Below, piece by piece: positions 27,230-39,044 of a stretch of 64,000 nt of DNA. The notes under the pieces are model-generated. The model made no database searches, was not told where the DNA came from, and worked only from the letters and a program-made list of their open reading frames with translations. Within the stretch, counting starts at the first letter, position 1. Every line of letters begins with the position of its first letter. Origin of the DNA: Lama guanicoe (Eukaryota). Position numbers and translations under genes: made by a program. The stretch covers positions 1,931,757-1,995,756 of the forward strand of contig MU054187.1 in the NCBI GenBank assembly GCA_013239625.1, read 5' to 3'.

Positions 27230-28050
27230 ATTAGGGCGCGGAAGCGCTGCAACTTGCTAACTTTGCTGTCGGTTATTTACCACCCGCACAAAGAAAATGC
27301 TGTCTATTCAGAACTCATTTCAAAACTCTTTTCACTGCGGGCGAGCGAACAAGCGGGCTGATGTCCGAGCGGCCGTCACACCCCCGGCGCCGCGTGGCAC
27401 GGCCGCCGCCTCCTACAAGGACCTGTTGTGAGCAGTGGGCGGGGCGGGACGGGGGGGCGGGGCGGGGCGGGACGGGGGGCTTCTCTGCTCCCCCCAAGTT
27501 TCTCGCCTGTGGGCTCCCAGCTTGTCAGGAGGCGGCCCTTGCCCCCGGCCGCAAAGGCAGAACCCGGTGCCCAGGCCTGGGGCCGAGGCCTCCGGGCAGG
27601 TTATTTAAACCCCGTGGGGTTTGGTTTCCTTTGTTTCCTGCCCACGGTGACCGCGTCCAGCCCGTCTCCTTAGGCCTGAGTCCAGGTCACCCGCGTGGAG
27701 GCCGCCACCGCGCCCGGACCAGAGGCCGGCGGGACTGCAGCAAGTCGGCCCGCGGGTGCTGCCCGGCCCAGACCGCGCCCCGGTCCCCCGCGTCCCCTCC
27801 GCCGCAGGACGTGCCCGGAAGCCCCCTCTAGGCTCATGGCTCTCCCCGGTCCAGTTGTGTAGAAGATGATTAGAGAGAGCGGGTCGAGGGGGCCAGGGAC
27901 AGACCCCTGCGCACACTCTGCGGGGCTGGGGCTGGGGCTGGGGGCGCTGCCCCCCAACCACAGGTCTGGGCGGAGGGGGCTTCGGGCACGTCCCCCGCAG
28001 TTGTGGGGTAGGAGCGGGCCCCGGAAAGCCCTCTGCGCACCGGTCTGCCC
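27230..28050. promoter_or_regulatory. CpG island / promoter candidate
   Basis: Dense CpG; five GGGCGG boxes at 27437-27479; minus-strand donor at 27158. Confidence 0.7.
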
Positions 28051-28478
28051 AGAACCTGGCTGGGACGACGGAGGAGCCCACAAGCAGCTTTGGGGGCAGA
28101 GCTGGCGCGCAGGGATACTGGTGGCCAGGACCACACCTGCCTGGGTGCGTGGAGGACGAGTGAGAGCTCCCGGCCGGGATGCGTGTCCCCGGGGCTGCAG
28201 AAGGCATCTGTCCAACGGGCCCCCTACAGGGAGGAGGCACCGGGGCAGGAAGAAGCTGGAGGGGGACCACAGGACAGCCAGGGCTGAGGAAGGCACGTCC
28301 AGGGGTGACCCGAGGGCAATGAGACGCATCCACGCCGGGACCAAGGAGACTGCAAGAATAAGGGGCCTTGCTGCCCGGAGCTTCCAAAGATTAGCGCCCT
28401 GGCAAGTCCAACCAGCCACGTGAGAAAGGGCTGGGGCGCTTACCGCTCATGCCCCCAGAACACACACTCGCACACGCT

Positions 28479-28520
28479 CACACACACGCATACGCATGCA
28501 CACGCACGCGCACGCACGCG
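28479..28520. repeat. 42-bp perfect purine-pyrimidine alternation (CA/CG/TA/TG)
   Basis: cacacacacgcatacgcatgcacacgcacgcgcacgcacgcg. Confidence 0.9.
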
Positions 28521-31462
28521 GCACTACCACAGTGGCAGGGCTCCGTGAGATGCGGAAGGAGCAGGAGTGACAGAGCAGGAGCCCAGTCCCGCAGCAGGTG
28601 GAGAGGCCCCAGGAGGAGACTGGACGGTGTCCAGCGAGGTCCAGGCCCACGTGCGACTGGTGCCTGGACCAGACAAGCCACGTGCTCAACCGAGGCTGCT
28701 CCCACGCCTCTGACGACCCGAGGGGCGTTTGCATCACCTGAGAAGGAGCAGCAGAGCCGGGGACCAGCTGGCTTTTATCCAAGGGGTGAGGTCATTGGTC
28801 CCACTGAACAAAGTTGACATCAACGGGGGAAAGCGTGCCTTATATTTTGATTCTGTCAAGGACAGTGCTTTTTCAACGAATCAGTTACTTAAGTGGCACA
28901 TGATAAACTCCCCTGGCAGATTAGAAGCTCCAGGAATCAGGGACCCTGTGTTTTATGCTCCTGGAGGTTCCCCGGAGCCTAACACAGCACCCGGGCCCGT
29001 GGCACCAGCTACCTCGTTGTCCCAGCAGTTCTCACTGCTTTTACTTTCAGCTTTCCTGTTCACCACGGTCTTTCCAGAGAAATCTAGGTAATTATATTTC
29101 CTCACAAACTTTTTGATCACCTCTAAGACGTTCTTACAAATAAGTTATTTTTCTCTTTTGTACTCACCCCGGATGCCACCTCTCTCGGCCCCTCTCTTTC
29201 AGAGACCCCACCAGAGCCACAGCAGTGTTCTACGCAGAGTAGGCAAAGATGAATTTTATGCAAGTTTTGATGCTCAGTCATCCCAGCCAGCGTGCCCGAG
29301 AAGCTCAAGGCTCATCAGGAAACCCACCAGCATCTTCTCTCCTGAGCTGCTTTTTCTAGATCCACATCAATTCTTTGTTTCCAGGGGAAAACGGGGGACA
29401 GGACTCTCCCCCTGTTCGTCTGTCCCATCCCACCACCCGTCACCTCCGGGTCGGTGAATTCCCGAGAGAGGCTCACTGCTGCCCACTCTTCTGGGTGGCA
29501 GGGCAGGGCAGGTACTTTGAGTGGCACAGAAGCAGTTTCTCTTTGGCCAAAAGAGAAGCTCAGGGGAAGAAGCACACCAGAGGCAAGCCTGCTCGTGCGC
29601 TTCCCAGACGGAGCGGGTTTGGGCACAGCGTATGCAGACCCAGTTTTTGAAACCCCCATGTGCTAGTCGTCCCTCACCGCTTACAGCGCACAGCATCTCA
29701 GAGCGCTGTCGCTGAACCGCCCAGGGAAACAGGCCTGCGTCACGCAGACGGGCTCACCACGTCCAGCTTCCACCAGGCAAATCCTCACACGGGAAGATTT
29801 TCCCCACATGCCTCACTGAATTAAAAAAATTTTTTTTTTTTTTTTTGCACTAAGTGAAGTCAAGTGATCTGGGAGCACATTTGGAAAGACAGGGCTTTTA
29901 CCTGATAAAATATGGATCCAGAACAAAACAAATTGTTACTCAAGAGATGTCAGGAACAGTTCAGGCAAAGACCCTTCCTCAAATTGGGACTGAGGGTGTG
30001 TGCAGAGGGCATGACTGGCGTCCAAGACACGGGAACTACAGCGGCCACCTCTGGGGCCAGTGAAACATGCTTCATCCGGTGCCTTTGGCCCTGAAGGCTC
30101 ATCCACCTGTAAGGAGCGCCTTCACCCTGTCTGCCTTCCTGGGCTTCTCCCCGCAGGAGCTAACTTCTGAGGACTGGATAAGCTTCACAGAGGAAGCTGA
30201 GAAATCCCCACTGGGGCCACAGTCTTTGGGAGACTCACCCATGGGGTCTTCCTCCTGCAGGCAGCCCCGTGAGCCCGCTTGTCCTCAGCCCGTCCCTGGC
30301 TCTGTCCTCACTGAGACAAAGGCCAGGATAAAGAGACCTGCCTGTCAGCCCAGAGGCGAACCCCAGTTGTTTGCCTGTCAAGTCTCTCCCCACTTCCAAA
30401 GGACATGGACAGAGCGGTACGTCACCGGGTGCTGTGGTTTGGGGCACAAACCTGCGCTCTGGTGGGGAGGGGGGACGCTGGACTTGCTGTGACCCACCTG
30501 AGACAAGACGGACTCACCCGTAGGAGCGTTCCGGCCAGGTGGCGGGGCACAGACACCCTCCCACAAAGTGCACGGTGAGGCCCGGCTGTGTCCAGGTTCG
30601 TGTGGACGGGGACACCTGCCACTTCACAGGGGCTCATTTTTCAGACTGTCCTGAACACCGCTGTGTGGCTGTGTTCTACTCAGCAATGGCTCTGCTCAGG
30701 GCTGCTGGTTTTGCTGCTGCTTCCGGAGCACTACATGTACCTGAACCGGGGGACTGAACAGCGAAGGCTGGCCTAACGTTCACGCTCAAACTGAGGCCCC
30801 AGGAGGAATGGTGTGACAAGGTGATAACCTAATAATTACTGGCAGGGACGTCATCTTCGCTGGAGGACGGCGCCCAGGCAAAATAGGGAGTGATTACTCG
30901 TGCGCGATTCCAGAGCTTTAATTATCAGCTTCGCAAAGATGCCTTTTGGAGTCGGCAGGCAGCGCTGGCAAAGATGACAGGAAAAAGAAAACGCTCTCCT
31001 GGCACCTTGCAGAGCACGGCCCGCGCCCCCGGCGCCCGCCGTCGCGGGACGCACAGCCCTGGCGGTCAGAGCGGCTCACAGCTTTGAGGAGGCGCGAGAA
31101 GCCAGCCAGGCCTGAGCCCGGGGCCGGAGAGCCCGCAGCTTCTGATTCTTTTCCCCTGGACCGTGCGCCAATTTTTTTTCATTATTATTATCCTTTGAGA
31201 AACCAGTGGGTGGGCACAGATGGGAAGTGGGAAGCTTCAAAAGGAAGAAGATGGTATCGGAGCGGAGAGCCGGGCCAGGCGCCTCCCTGGGGGCGTCCCC
31301 TCCCAGCTTGTCCCCTCCCAGTGCGCCCCCTGCAGGCAGAACCGGGACTGAGACCCCCAGCCCCATGCCTGTCCATTCACCATCAGCCCCACGGCCACCG
31401 CTCAGCATGTTGCCTGCGGGTGTTCTAGGCACAAGCAAACATTTTTAAAAGCACAAGCAACA

Positions 31463-31545
<83 letters not shown>

Positions 31546-31546
31546 A
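31463..31546. repeat. (TAAA)21 microsatellite
   Basis: 84 bp of uninterrupted TAAA. Confidence 0.97.
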
Positions 31547-31683
31547 GAGGAGGGTACAGCTCAGTGCCAGAGGGATGCCCAGCACGCACAAGGTCCTGGG
31601 TTCCATCCCCAGTGCCTCCATTTAAAAAATTAATAAATAAATCTAATTGTTCCTCCCCCAAGAAAGTTTTTAAAAAATAGTTA
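31547..31683 (+). mobile_element. tRNA-derived camelid-type SINE (Vic-1-like)
   Basis: A box 'cagctcagtgcc', B box 'ggttccatccc', tail 'aataaatctaattgttcctcccc'. Confidence 0.85.
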
Positions 31684-34600
31684 AAAAGCACAACAGTTTT
31701 TTTAAAAAGTAATTCAAGCTGCTCTGCAATATTGTAAAAGCTCTGTTGTTAAAACATCCGGAAAACCTCAGAACATCCAGAAAATGCAGCTGTAGTCGTC
31801 AACTAAAGCCATCAGCCCTGGGGAGGTCAGGGCCACCCGGGCTAGTGCTCGCGTGTGCACATCCAGGGAAGGTGAATGAAGGCAGGACCGGCCGGCCTGA
31901 GAGCTGGTGTCCCCGCAGCTCGCAAGGGACACGATGGTCGACAGGCTCGTCCTCTCCGAGGGCAGCCTGCGTCAGAGAGAACCACCTACGGCGCCCTCGG
32001 CCGGTCTGCCCCTTGCTGTTTGTTGGGAGACCGACCCTGGAGGAGCAGGAGACAGGAGGGACGCCCGGGGACTCTGCTGGCCGCACACGTGTCGGGACAT
32101 CTCCCAGCCCGGGCCCACCTCCCGTGGTGGACGATGGGAGAAGCACCCGGCCTCAGGGTGGGGAGGACTGAGGGTCTCCCAAATTAAACGCCAGGGTGTC
32201 CAGCCCGCGGTCTTCCGTCTTCTTCAGGTCAGATCTGCAGCTCAGCGCTCCGCACAGACCGGCAAGGACACCGGGCACCCTCAGGACTGGGACCAGGAGT
32301 GGGAGCACGAAACACAAACCCGCTGTGCCGAGGCTGCTCGAGGAGACCTTGGGCATCGCTGGCAGTTTTCAGGTTTTTATGGGAGCAGAGCCTTTCCTCA
32401 AATGCTGAAGTGCGACCCCCAGAACATGCAAGGGCCAAGGTGCCGCGACGAGGGAGGCGTCCGGCTGTGGCTGATGGGACCGGGACCCTGGAGCCTGACT
32501 GTGGCTTCCCCCGGTGCTGCACCTGCTGCCGTGGGACCTGGAGTAACTCCCCCACCACCACCCCGCCCCGAGCCTCAGCTCCCCCCGTGAGGAAGACCCC
32601 GCCTCTCACTTTGCGTTGTCGCGGGGGGTGGGGCAGCTGGGTTAGCTTGTGTGACATGCTTCACTGAGTCTACATGCGTGTTGGATTCTGAACTCTGAGG
32701 TTGTGGGGCCTCAGAGCCCAGCCTGTGCAGCCTCTCGTCCACCCTGAGTTGCCCCAAGTCACACCCACAGAGCCCGCGGGCCCTAGAACGCAGCTCGCAG
32801 GCTTCCGCCCTGTGAGCTCCATGCTCACTCAGGACGCTTCTGGAACAGCCCAGAACCAAATACCGACTGCACGTGTAGCTGCCGTTGAACCAGCAGATCT
32901 TCTGCGGCTGCTCAAAAGCAGCGCTGAGTCACAGGCAGCCTGGCGCCCAAGGGGTGGGTTTCGTGCGGCATCAATCAGTAAACCATTATTGCACAGAGGG
33001 TCCCGTGCCGCCGGCACGCGGAGGGGCCTGGTAACTCACAGGCGAAAAGGACGAACTCGCCACTCACGGAGCGAGCCGGCCGGTGGCAGCGGCCGATCGG
33101 GGCAAGGAGGACGCGGAGGCGAACTTGGAAAGGAGAAGCTTAAGGTGCTGTGAACAGACGAGCAAGCAGGTCCTACCTCATTCCGGGAGGTGGGAAGGGC
33201 TTCCCTGGGGGTCGAGCCGGCACTGATCTGAGCCGGCGCAGAGCAAGCAGGCCCAGCGAGGGCAGGGCTGTCTCCTGACACGCGGAGGAGCGCAGGGAAG
33301 GAGGCGGGAGTCCAGGAGCCACGCGAGGCCCAGCGGCAGGCCTGGCGGCCAGGGAAAGAGCAGAGGCTGGGCTCCCGGGGGCCTCATCGCTACCTCCGTT
33401 CCAAGTTCTCGTAAATGTTCCCTCTATGTGTCAAACAATAGACCTCATGGACTATTTCCGGGGAAATATTTAATTTTCCAGGGAAAATTAAGACGCGCAC
33501 CTCGTAACACCGGATCTCAGGGCCTGACAGGCACGCAGCCTCTGGAAAACCCTGGGCTGCACTTCCACCTTCCCTTCTTGCATCCTGTGAATTCCTGCCT
33601 TTGGCTCCCAAGGAAGAGCCCCTCCACTCCCATGAGGCTGCCTACGTCATTTTTATTCAAAAAAAAAAAGCATTAAAGTTTTCCAAAATTGCTGGGGTTT
33701 TTTTCCCCCTTTCTGTGTAACATCTCTTGTTAATGAAGATTTTTCTAAGACTAATCCAGTCATCCTGGTGATGAACTAAGATTTTCATTCAAGATCTTAA
33801 ACACATGACAAGCACGCGTACAGCACACATTTGAGACCTGGAGTTACAATCGATCCATAGTTAGACTGACGTGGGAGACGCCCTGCTAGGAAAGATTCTA
33901 CACTTAGGCCCTTCCTTTCTATTTCTTACTGGCTAGAAGCTCAGAATATTTCCTTTGTCTTTGAAGGGAGTTAAGGGCTGGGGGCTTAGCAGAAAGCCTG
34001 CCCCTGCCCTGGGGGGCAATGAGAAAACCTCTCGACTGCCTCAGGGGGACGGTCCTGGGCCCTTTGTCACCAACGAGCCAGGTGACCGGAGTGAGCTGAG
34101 TGGTGTGAGTGGCTCACAGACCCAAGCTCGATTCAAGCAGAAAATCTAAAACACAGACGACCAGAGCAAGCAAGCCCTAACGACGAGGCCTGACTCGACG
34201 CAGAACGCGCTGCCCGGCTCCAGGCCACCTGCCGGCCACTGCCCACCTGCCCGCCCACCCCCGTGCTGGAGCTCAGGACACGTGGGAAAGTGCTCACGTC
34301 TCCGACCTTCCCACCCCGACTCCCCACCATCACTCTGGACCCTTGTAAAGAGGTCCACCAGCTCCTCAGCCTCGCTCCCGGGCGGGGGTGTCAGCTGGTG
34401 TCTCCTCGGGGGCTTAACTTCATCATAACAGCAGAGGGAAGGTAGGGAAGGGGAGGAGAGAGGTTTTCATGGAGCTGCCGGGTCCTGGAACAGACCCTGG
34501 AACCACCTGGGGGCTCAGCCACGGGCCACACGGGAAAGGCATCGCTAGTGACAAGTCCAAAGGGGTCCCCCCATGGTGCACAAGACCCGGCAGCCCCCGC

Positions 34601-35299
34601 TGCACCCTGTGCCCCAGGACTGCCCCTGACAGGAAGACTTCCAGAGGAAGGCTATTAGGAACTCGAGAAATTATTTTTACTCATCAGGAAAAGAGCGACG
34701 TGTTTCTAAACGAACTGTTCTAATGACAGGTTTAGCATTTTCACTGGACCACAGACGCATGCACCTGCACACTTCAGGACATCCACGCAGACCCAGGAGC
34801 CACGCAAAGGCGGGGATAATAGCCACAGCTGGCTTACAATTTTTTTTCACTATTCTCTCTCAAAAACACGGTCTCCATTATTTATAGGTAATAATGCATG
34901 TTATTCACCTTCCTTCCATAAAATTAAGAGAGTTAACTAAAATACATGATTGATAAAGCCGCCCCTGGATAGGAAATGAGAGAGGCGTTCACTCTTACGG
35001 AAAGTAGAACCTTTAAAAATAGGATACGGTACAGATATTTCTGATTGGAAAGAACATTATAAAACCTCATAATATCAGCATGATTTGGGAGAGTCTTTGA
35101 AGAGAAATTCCACACCCGATTTATCCACGTAAACCCACAGAACCTCACAATGTCACTCGGAGGATGTTGGTTAAACAAATGAATGTTATCCCCCAAAATA
35201 TGTTCCACCCACAAGACAGTGTAACCAATCAACACTGGAATCAGAGACCGAGGGGAGTGGAGTTAAATTTTACAGAATAATTCTAGCAATCCTCCAACT

Positions 35300-35680
35300 T
35301 TCCTGGCCTTGGAGATTTCCTGTTAAAAATGTACATTCCTGGTGGGGAGGACGTAGCTCAGCGGTGGAGCACGTGCTTATCAAGCACAAGGTCCTGGGTT
35401 CAATACCCAGCACCTCCATTAAAAAATAGTCATAATTATGTAAAAATAAACTTAATTACTTCCCTCCTAAGAAAACTAACAAAAAAAAGTTTAAAAAAAC
35501 AATAAAATAAAATAAAAATAAATAAGTAAACCTAATTACTTCCCCCCAGAACAAAAACAAAAAACAAAAAAATGTGGATTCCTCCCAGTCTCTGACTCCC
35601 CGTGGTCTTTGGTTCAGCAGGTGGGTTCTGACCCCAGGAATCTGCATTTTAACAGAGGCCCGGGGAACTTGGAGGATATT
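35300..35680. mobile_element. MER5A-like hAT fossil split by a SINE
   Basis: 'tgttaaaaatgtacattcct' before and 'ccccaggaatctgcattttaacag' after the SINE. Confidence 0.6.
35341..35567 (+). mobile_element. tRNA-derived camelid-type SINE with doubled tail
   Basis: A box 'tagctcagcggt', B box 'ggttcaatacc'; TSD aaaaatgt(ac/gg)attcct at 35325-35340 and 35568-35583. Confidence 0.92.
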
Positions 35681-35744
35681 TTGAGGAGCACATCTTTGGC
35701 AGGTGTCAGGCGATCCCTGGTATGGCCTGACGGCTGAAGTCTTG

Positions 35745-35940
35745 CCCGGGACTGGACAGCGTGGGCCCAGTCCCCAGGGCAGGGCGGCCACTTGATACCA
35801 CAGGGCAAGTTCCCTCACCTCTGTGTACCTCGGTTTCAACATCTGCAAACTGGGCAGAATCATAGCGCCCGACCCCGAAGAGATTGTTGAATTAGCTCCT
35901 GCAAAGTCCTTGGCCCAGGACAGGCACAGGCATTATGCTG
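35745..35940 (+). mobile_element. MIR
   Basis: 'gggcaagttccctcacctctgtgtacctcggtttcaacatctgcaaactggg' core. Confidence 0.75.
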
Positions 35941-36018
35941 CCCGGTAATCAGCATGGGGAGGTCACTGTGGTTGGCCTGGACATCATTTTTTTTAAAACA
36001 AAGTATTTCCTATAGCTA

Positions 36019-36210
36019 TGTCATGGGCCGAATTGTCCCCTCACCACCAAATCCGTATGTTGAAGTCCTAAGCCCTGGGACCTCTGAGTTGGGGTGCATT
36101 TAGAGACAAGCCCTTTAAAGAGGTGATTAAGTCAAAACGGGGTCATTAGGGTGGCCCCCATCCAGTCTGACTGGTGTCCTCATGAAAAAGGAAAATTTGA
36201 ACCCAGATGT
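36019..36210 (+). mobile_element. MaLR LTR 5' part, MLT1B-like
   Basis: Starts 'tgtcatgggccgaattgtcccc...gtatgttgaagtccta...ctttaaagaggtgattaag...ctgactggtgtcctcat'. Confidence 0.8.
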
Positions 36211-36219
36211 GGACAAGGG

Positions 36220-36375
36220 AAGTTCTGCTCCAGAAGCCCTCAGGCTCCAGTGACAACAGCGGCTGCCCCGTGCCCTGCAGATTGGGACTTGCCAGGCCCC
36301 TAATTCTGTTAGCCAACTCCCTAAAACCAAGCTGTTTCTCCTCTGGGTTCTGTTTCTCTAGAGGACCCGAATACA
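36220..36375 (+). mobile_element. ERVL LTR 3' part, MLT2-like
   Basis: 'ccctgcagattgggacttgccagg...ggttctgtttctctagaggacccgaataca'. Confidence 0.7.
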
Positions 36376-37611
36376 GCCCACGAGGATAATATAAAGGTCC
36401 CCTAAATGAACACCCTGGACAAAAATGTTTGAATGCCGACATAATATATGGAATTTTCTCCAATGCCTTTTGAGACAAGTGTTATGGTGTGACCAGGAAT
36501 TGGAAGCAGTGACTGTGGCTTGTTCATCGGCGTGTCCCCAGCACCTGCCTGCAGCTCTCCGCAGAGCTCGGAGGGAGGGAGGGGCTGAACTTGCCTCAGT
36601 GGGTAGCACACCCCATGGCGAGCCGCGGGTAAACTGCGGGGTCTCCACCCTGCGGGCTCTGGGTAGCTGCAGGCCTGCCTCTTCCTGCTGGAGCCATTGG
36701 CATGTCATTTGCCGCGTCCTTTCATTTAACAAACCCACACACATCAGGAAGACTGCTTTCTATCAGCTTTTCTAAAGTGGCCATAATCATACAGAAAGAA
36801 CCTCAAAACCATAACTAAAACAAGTCTGCAAACTCCTGCTCAGCAGACGTGGAGACTCGGGGACGGAGCGCTAGCTTTGCTTCTTAACGATGCTTCCCTC
36901 TGGGCTGAAGAACATACCCCTCTCAGAGGATCCCACCTCTGCTGGTCTTTCTTCGGTTTCAAGTATTTATCAATATTCATTTTACAGGGTTTGAACTACT
37001 GTATTTTTAAAAGAACAGTGATTTGTATCACTAGAGGGAGACACAGTTTACCAAAAAGCTATCATCAGGCTGAACTGAAAACTTCCCAGCTCTGGAGAAT
37101 AAAACACCCAGAGGCAAAGCTACTGTGTGTAACTTGCACGCACAGTATATACAGACATGCACTGTGTGCACAGTGACTTGCTCGGACACATGTATATCAT
37201 TCTGTGAATTTAACAAGTTTGTACCTAGAACTATTGAGCCGATAGGTTAGTTTTTCCTTTCTCAAATAATATTGAAACTGGGGGGAAAAGGTTATGAAAT
37301 GGAAATTGCCAAGCTTTAATAAAACAGTAAAATCCAAACATGGTGACACTGAAATACCAGAATTTTTCAACTCTCTCAGGAGTGTTTCCCTAACAGTAAA
37401 AATCAGGATTCAGAGACTCTGGGCGTAAGTGTCTGTGAACAGCTGCTTTTCCACTGTGGACATGAATTCATCTACGTCTCTCTCCCAGGCAAAGCAGTCA
37501 TGGCCAAGGCTGTTCTCCCACCACGCAGAATGCAAGGCCCCGCACAGAGCTCTTGCTGTAGAAGTGACAGGTCAGATCTCCCATTCTCAACCAAACACGC
37601 AGCAAACACCG

Positions 37612-37665
37612 TGCGTGCGTGTGTGTGTGTGAGAGAGAGAAAGAGAGAGATGTGTGTATATATGT
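37612..37665. repeat. Compound (TG)n(AG)n microsatellite
   Basis: gtgcgtgcgtgtgtgtgtgtgagagagaaagagagaga. Confidence 0.8.
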
Positions 37666-38703
37666 ACAGGCTTACATTTAAATTAAAACAGTTCAGTAAA
37701 AATGAAGAAAACGTGGTTATGTTTCTGGCAGTTGGATGCATTTTGTTTCGTTTTGTTTTTTACCTGCAGACAGCTTAATTCACTTACACTTCCTACCCAG
37801 CCTCTGAATGTCTAATGCTTACTCTAAAAGCGAGGATTGGGAGCAAGTTGGTATTTGCAAGCAAAGTGGACTTAGGAAAGATGAAAAGTTTTAGTTAAGA
37901 AGTGGGAGCCCAGAGCCCAGGGGGAACACCTGCTTTAAATTTCACAGAACATTCACTAGTGCCCAGCGGAACGGCCCCTCCCCCTGTCTTTCCTCCTCTG
38001 GGACACTGCCGCTGTCCCTTCCTCCCCATTTTTGGTCTATTTTTCTACTTTCCCTAAACCAATTTTGTCTTTTCTCAAAATCTTTCTGTTTTCACTGCCA
38101 CTTCTATATTTAATGCAAGATCCTTTGTCTCATCTTAGCGTTTGGTCTGTTTATTGAATACAACATTCCTATTCCCTGTTGTCCATCTTTAAACAATATT
38201 GGTGAGGCATTTAATGTGTCGCATGTAGAAACTAGCTCCATTCCTATGACACACGTCACATCAGCTGATACTTTTCCTTTGTGACTCAATGACTGGGCGT
38301 AAGGACAGCCCCACCCTCCATGCCTTCTCCTCCAAACTCCTGAGACTTGACCTGGCGTTTACTTTCCTGTTCCTTGGAGGGGCAACCACTGTTTTCCAGG
38401 CCTCCGCGTGTCCTGGAGGGAAACACAGAGGTGTGGGCAGAGGTGGTGCCCACTTGCCCCCCACGTCACAGCCCTGCCTGGAGAGTGGGTCCCTGGGGTT
38501 CTGCAAGAAAGAACTGAGGAACCTTCCCAAAAGCTGCCGTTAGAAAGTCAGATTCACCCGTGTCATCTGTGCAAGAATAAAGCCGTTACATTTAACGTCC
38601 TTTGCAGCCGCCCTTCGTTTGTGATCACACAGCTGAGAGAGAAGGACTCCCGGAAGCACAGCCGGCGCGCCTCAGAGCAGCGGCCAAGCGCCAGACCTCG
38701 TCT

Positions 38704-38781
38704 CCCGGGCAACAAGCCCCGCCCACAGCCCCGGGCAACAAACCCCGCCCACGGACCCGGGCGACAAACCCCGCCCACGGC
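38704..38781. repeat. GC-rich minisatellite, 3 x 26 bp
   Basis: cccgggcaacaagccccgcccacagc / cccgggcaacaaaccccgcccacgga / cccgggcgacaaaccccgcccacggc. Confidence 0.95.
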
Positions 38782-39044
38782 CAGCCGCGCGGCCCGCCTC
38801 CTGAGCCACCAGGTACTGAGCCGGGAGCGGGTGTGGATTCCCCGTCCTGTGCGATTCCTCAAATATTTGAAACTTTTTGCTGTGACCATAAAACCAATCT
38901 CTGCCAGCCCGAGTCTCTCCCCTGCAGAACAGCGTTTCATAAGGTTTGCCTAAAAGCAAAGAAATACCGTCAATCAATAAAAATGCTGTGTTGATATTTT
39001 AAAAAATGCTGAGTGAACACTTTACCTGTGTATTAAAACACAAT

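Noticed and set aside
27361..28423. Overlapping 150-260 aa ORFs on both strands
   Set aside because: Pro/Gly/Arg/Ala-rich translations typical of stop-poor CpG-island DNA; no domain recognised
31746..33153. Several 140-227 aa ORFs
   Set aside because: GC-rich chance ORFs in multiple frames without splice support or homology
33768..33870. Box C (GTGATGA) with downstream CTGA as a C/D snoRNA
   Set aside because: No terminal stem and no recognisable antisense guide
13816..38781. Direct repeats (13.8, 26.2, 38.7 kb) as CRISPR-like arrays
   Set aside because: Head-to-tail copies without unique spacers, only 2-3 units, and a eukaryotic context
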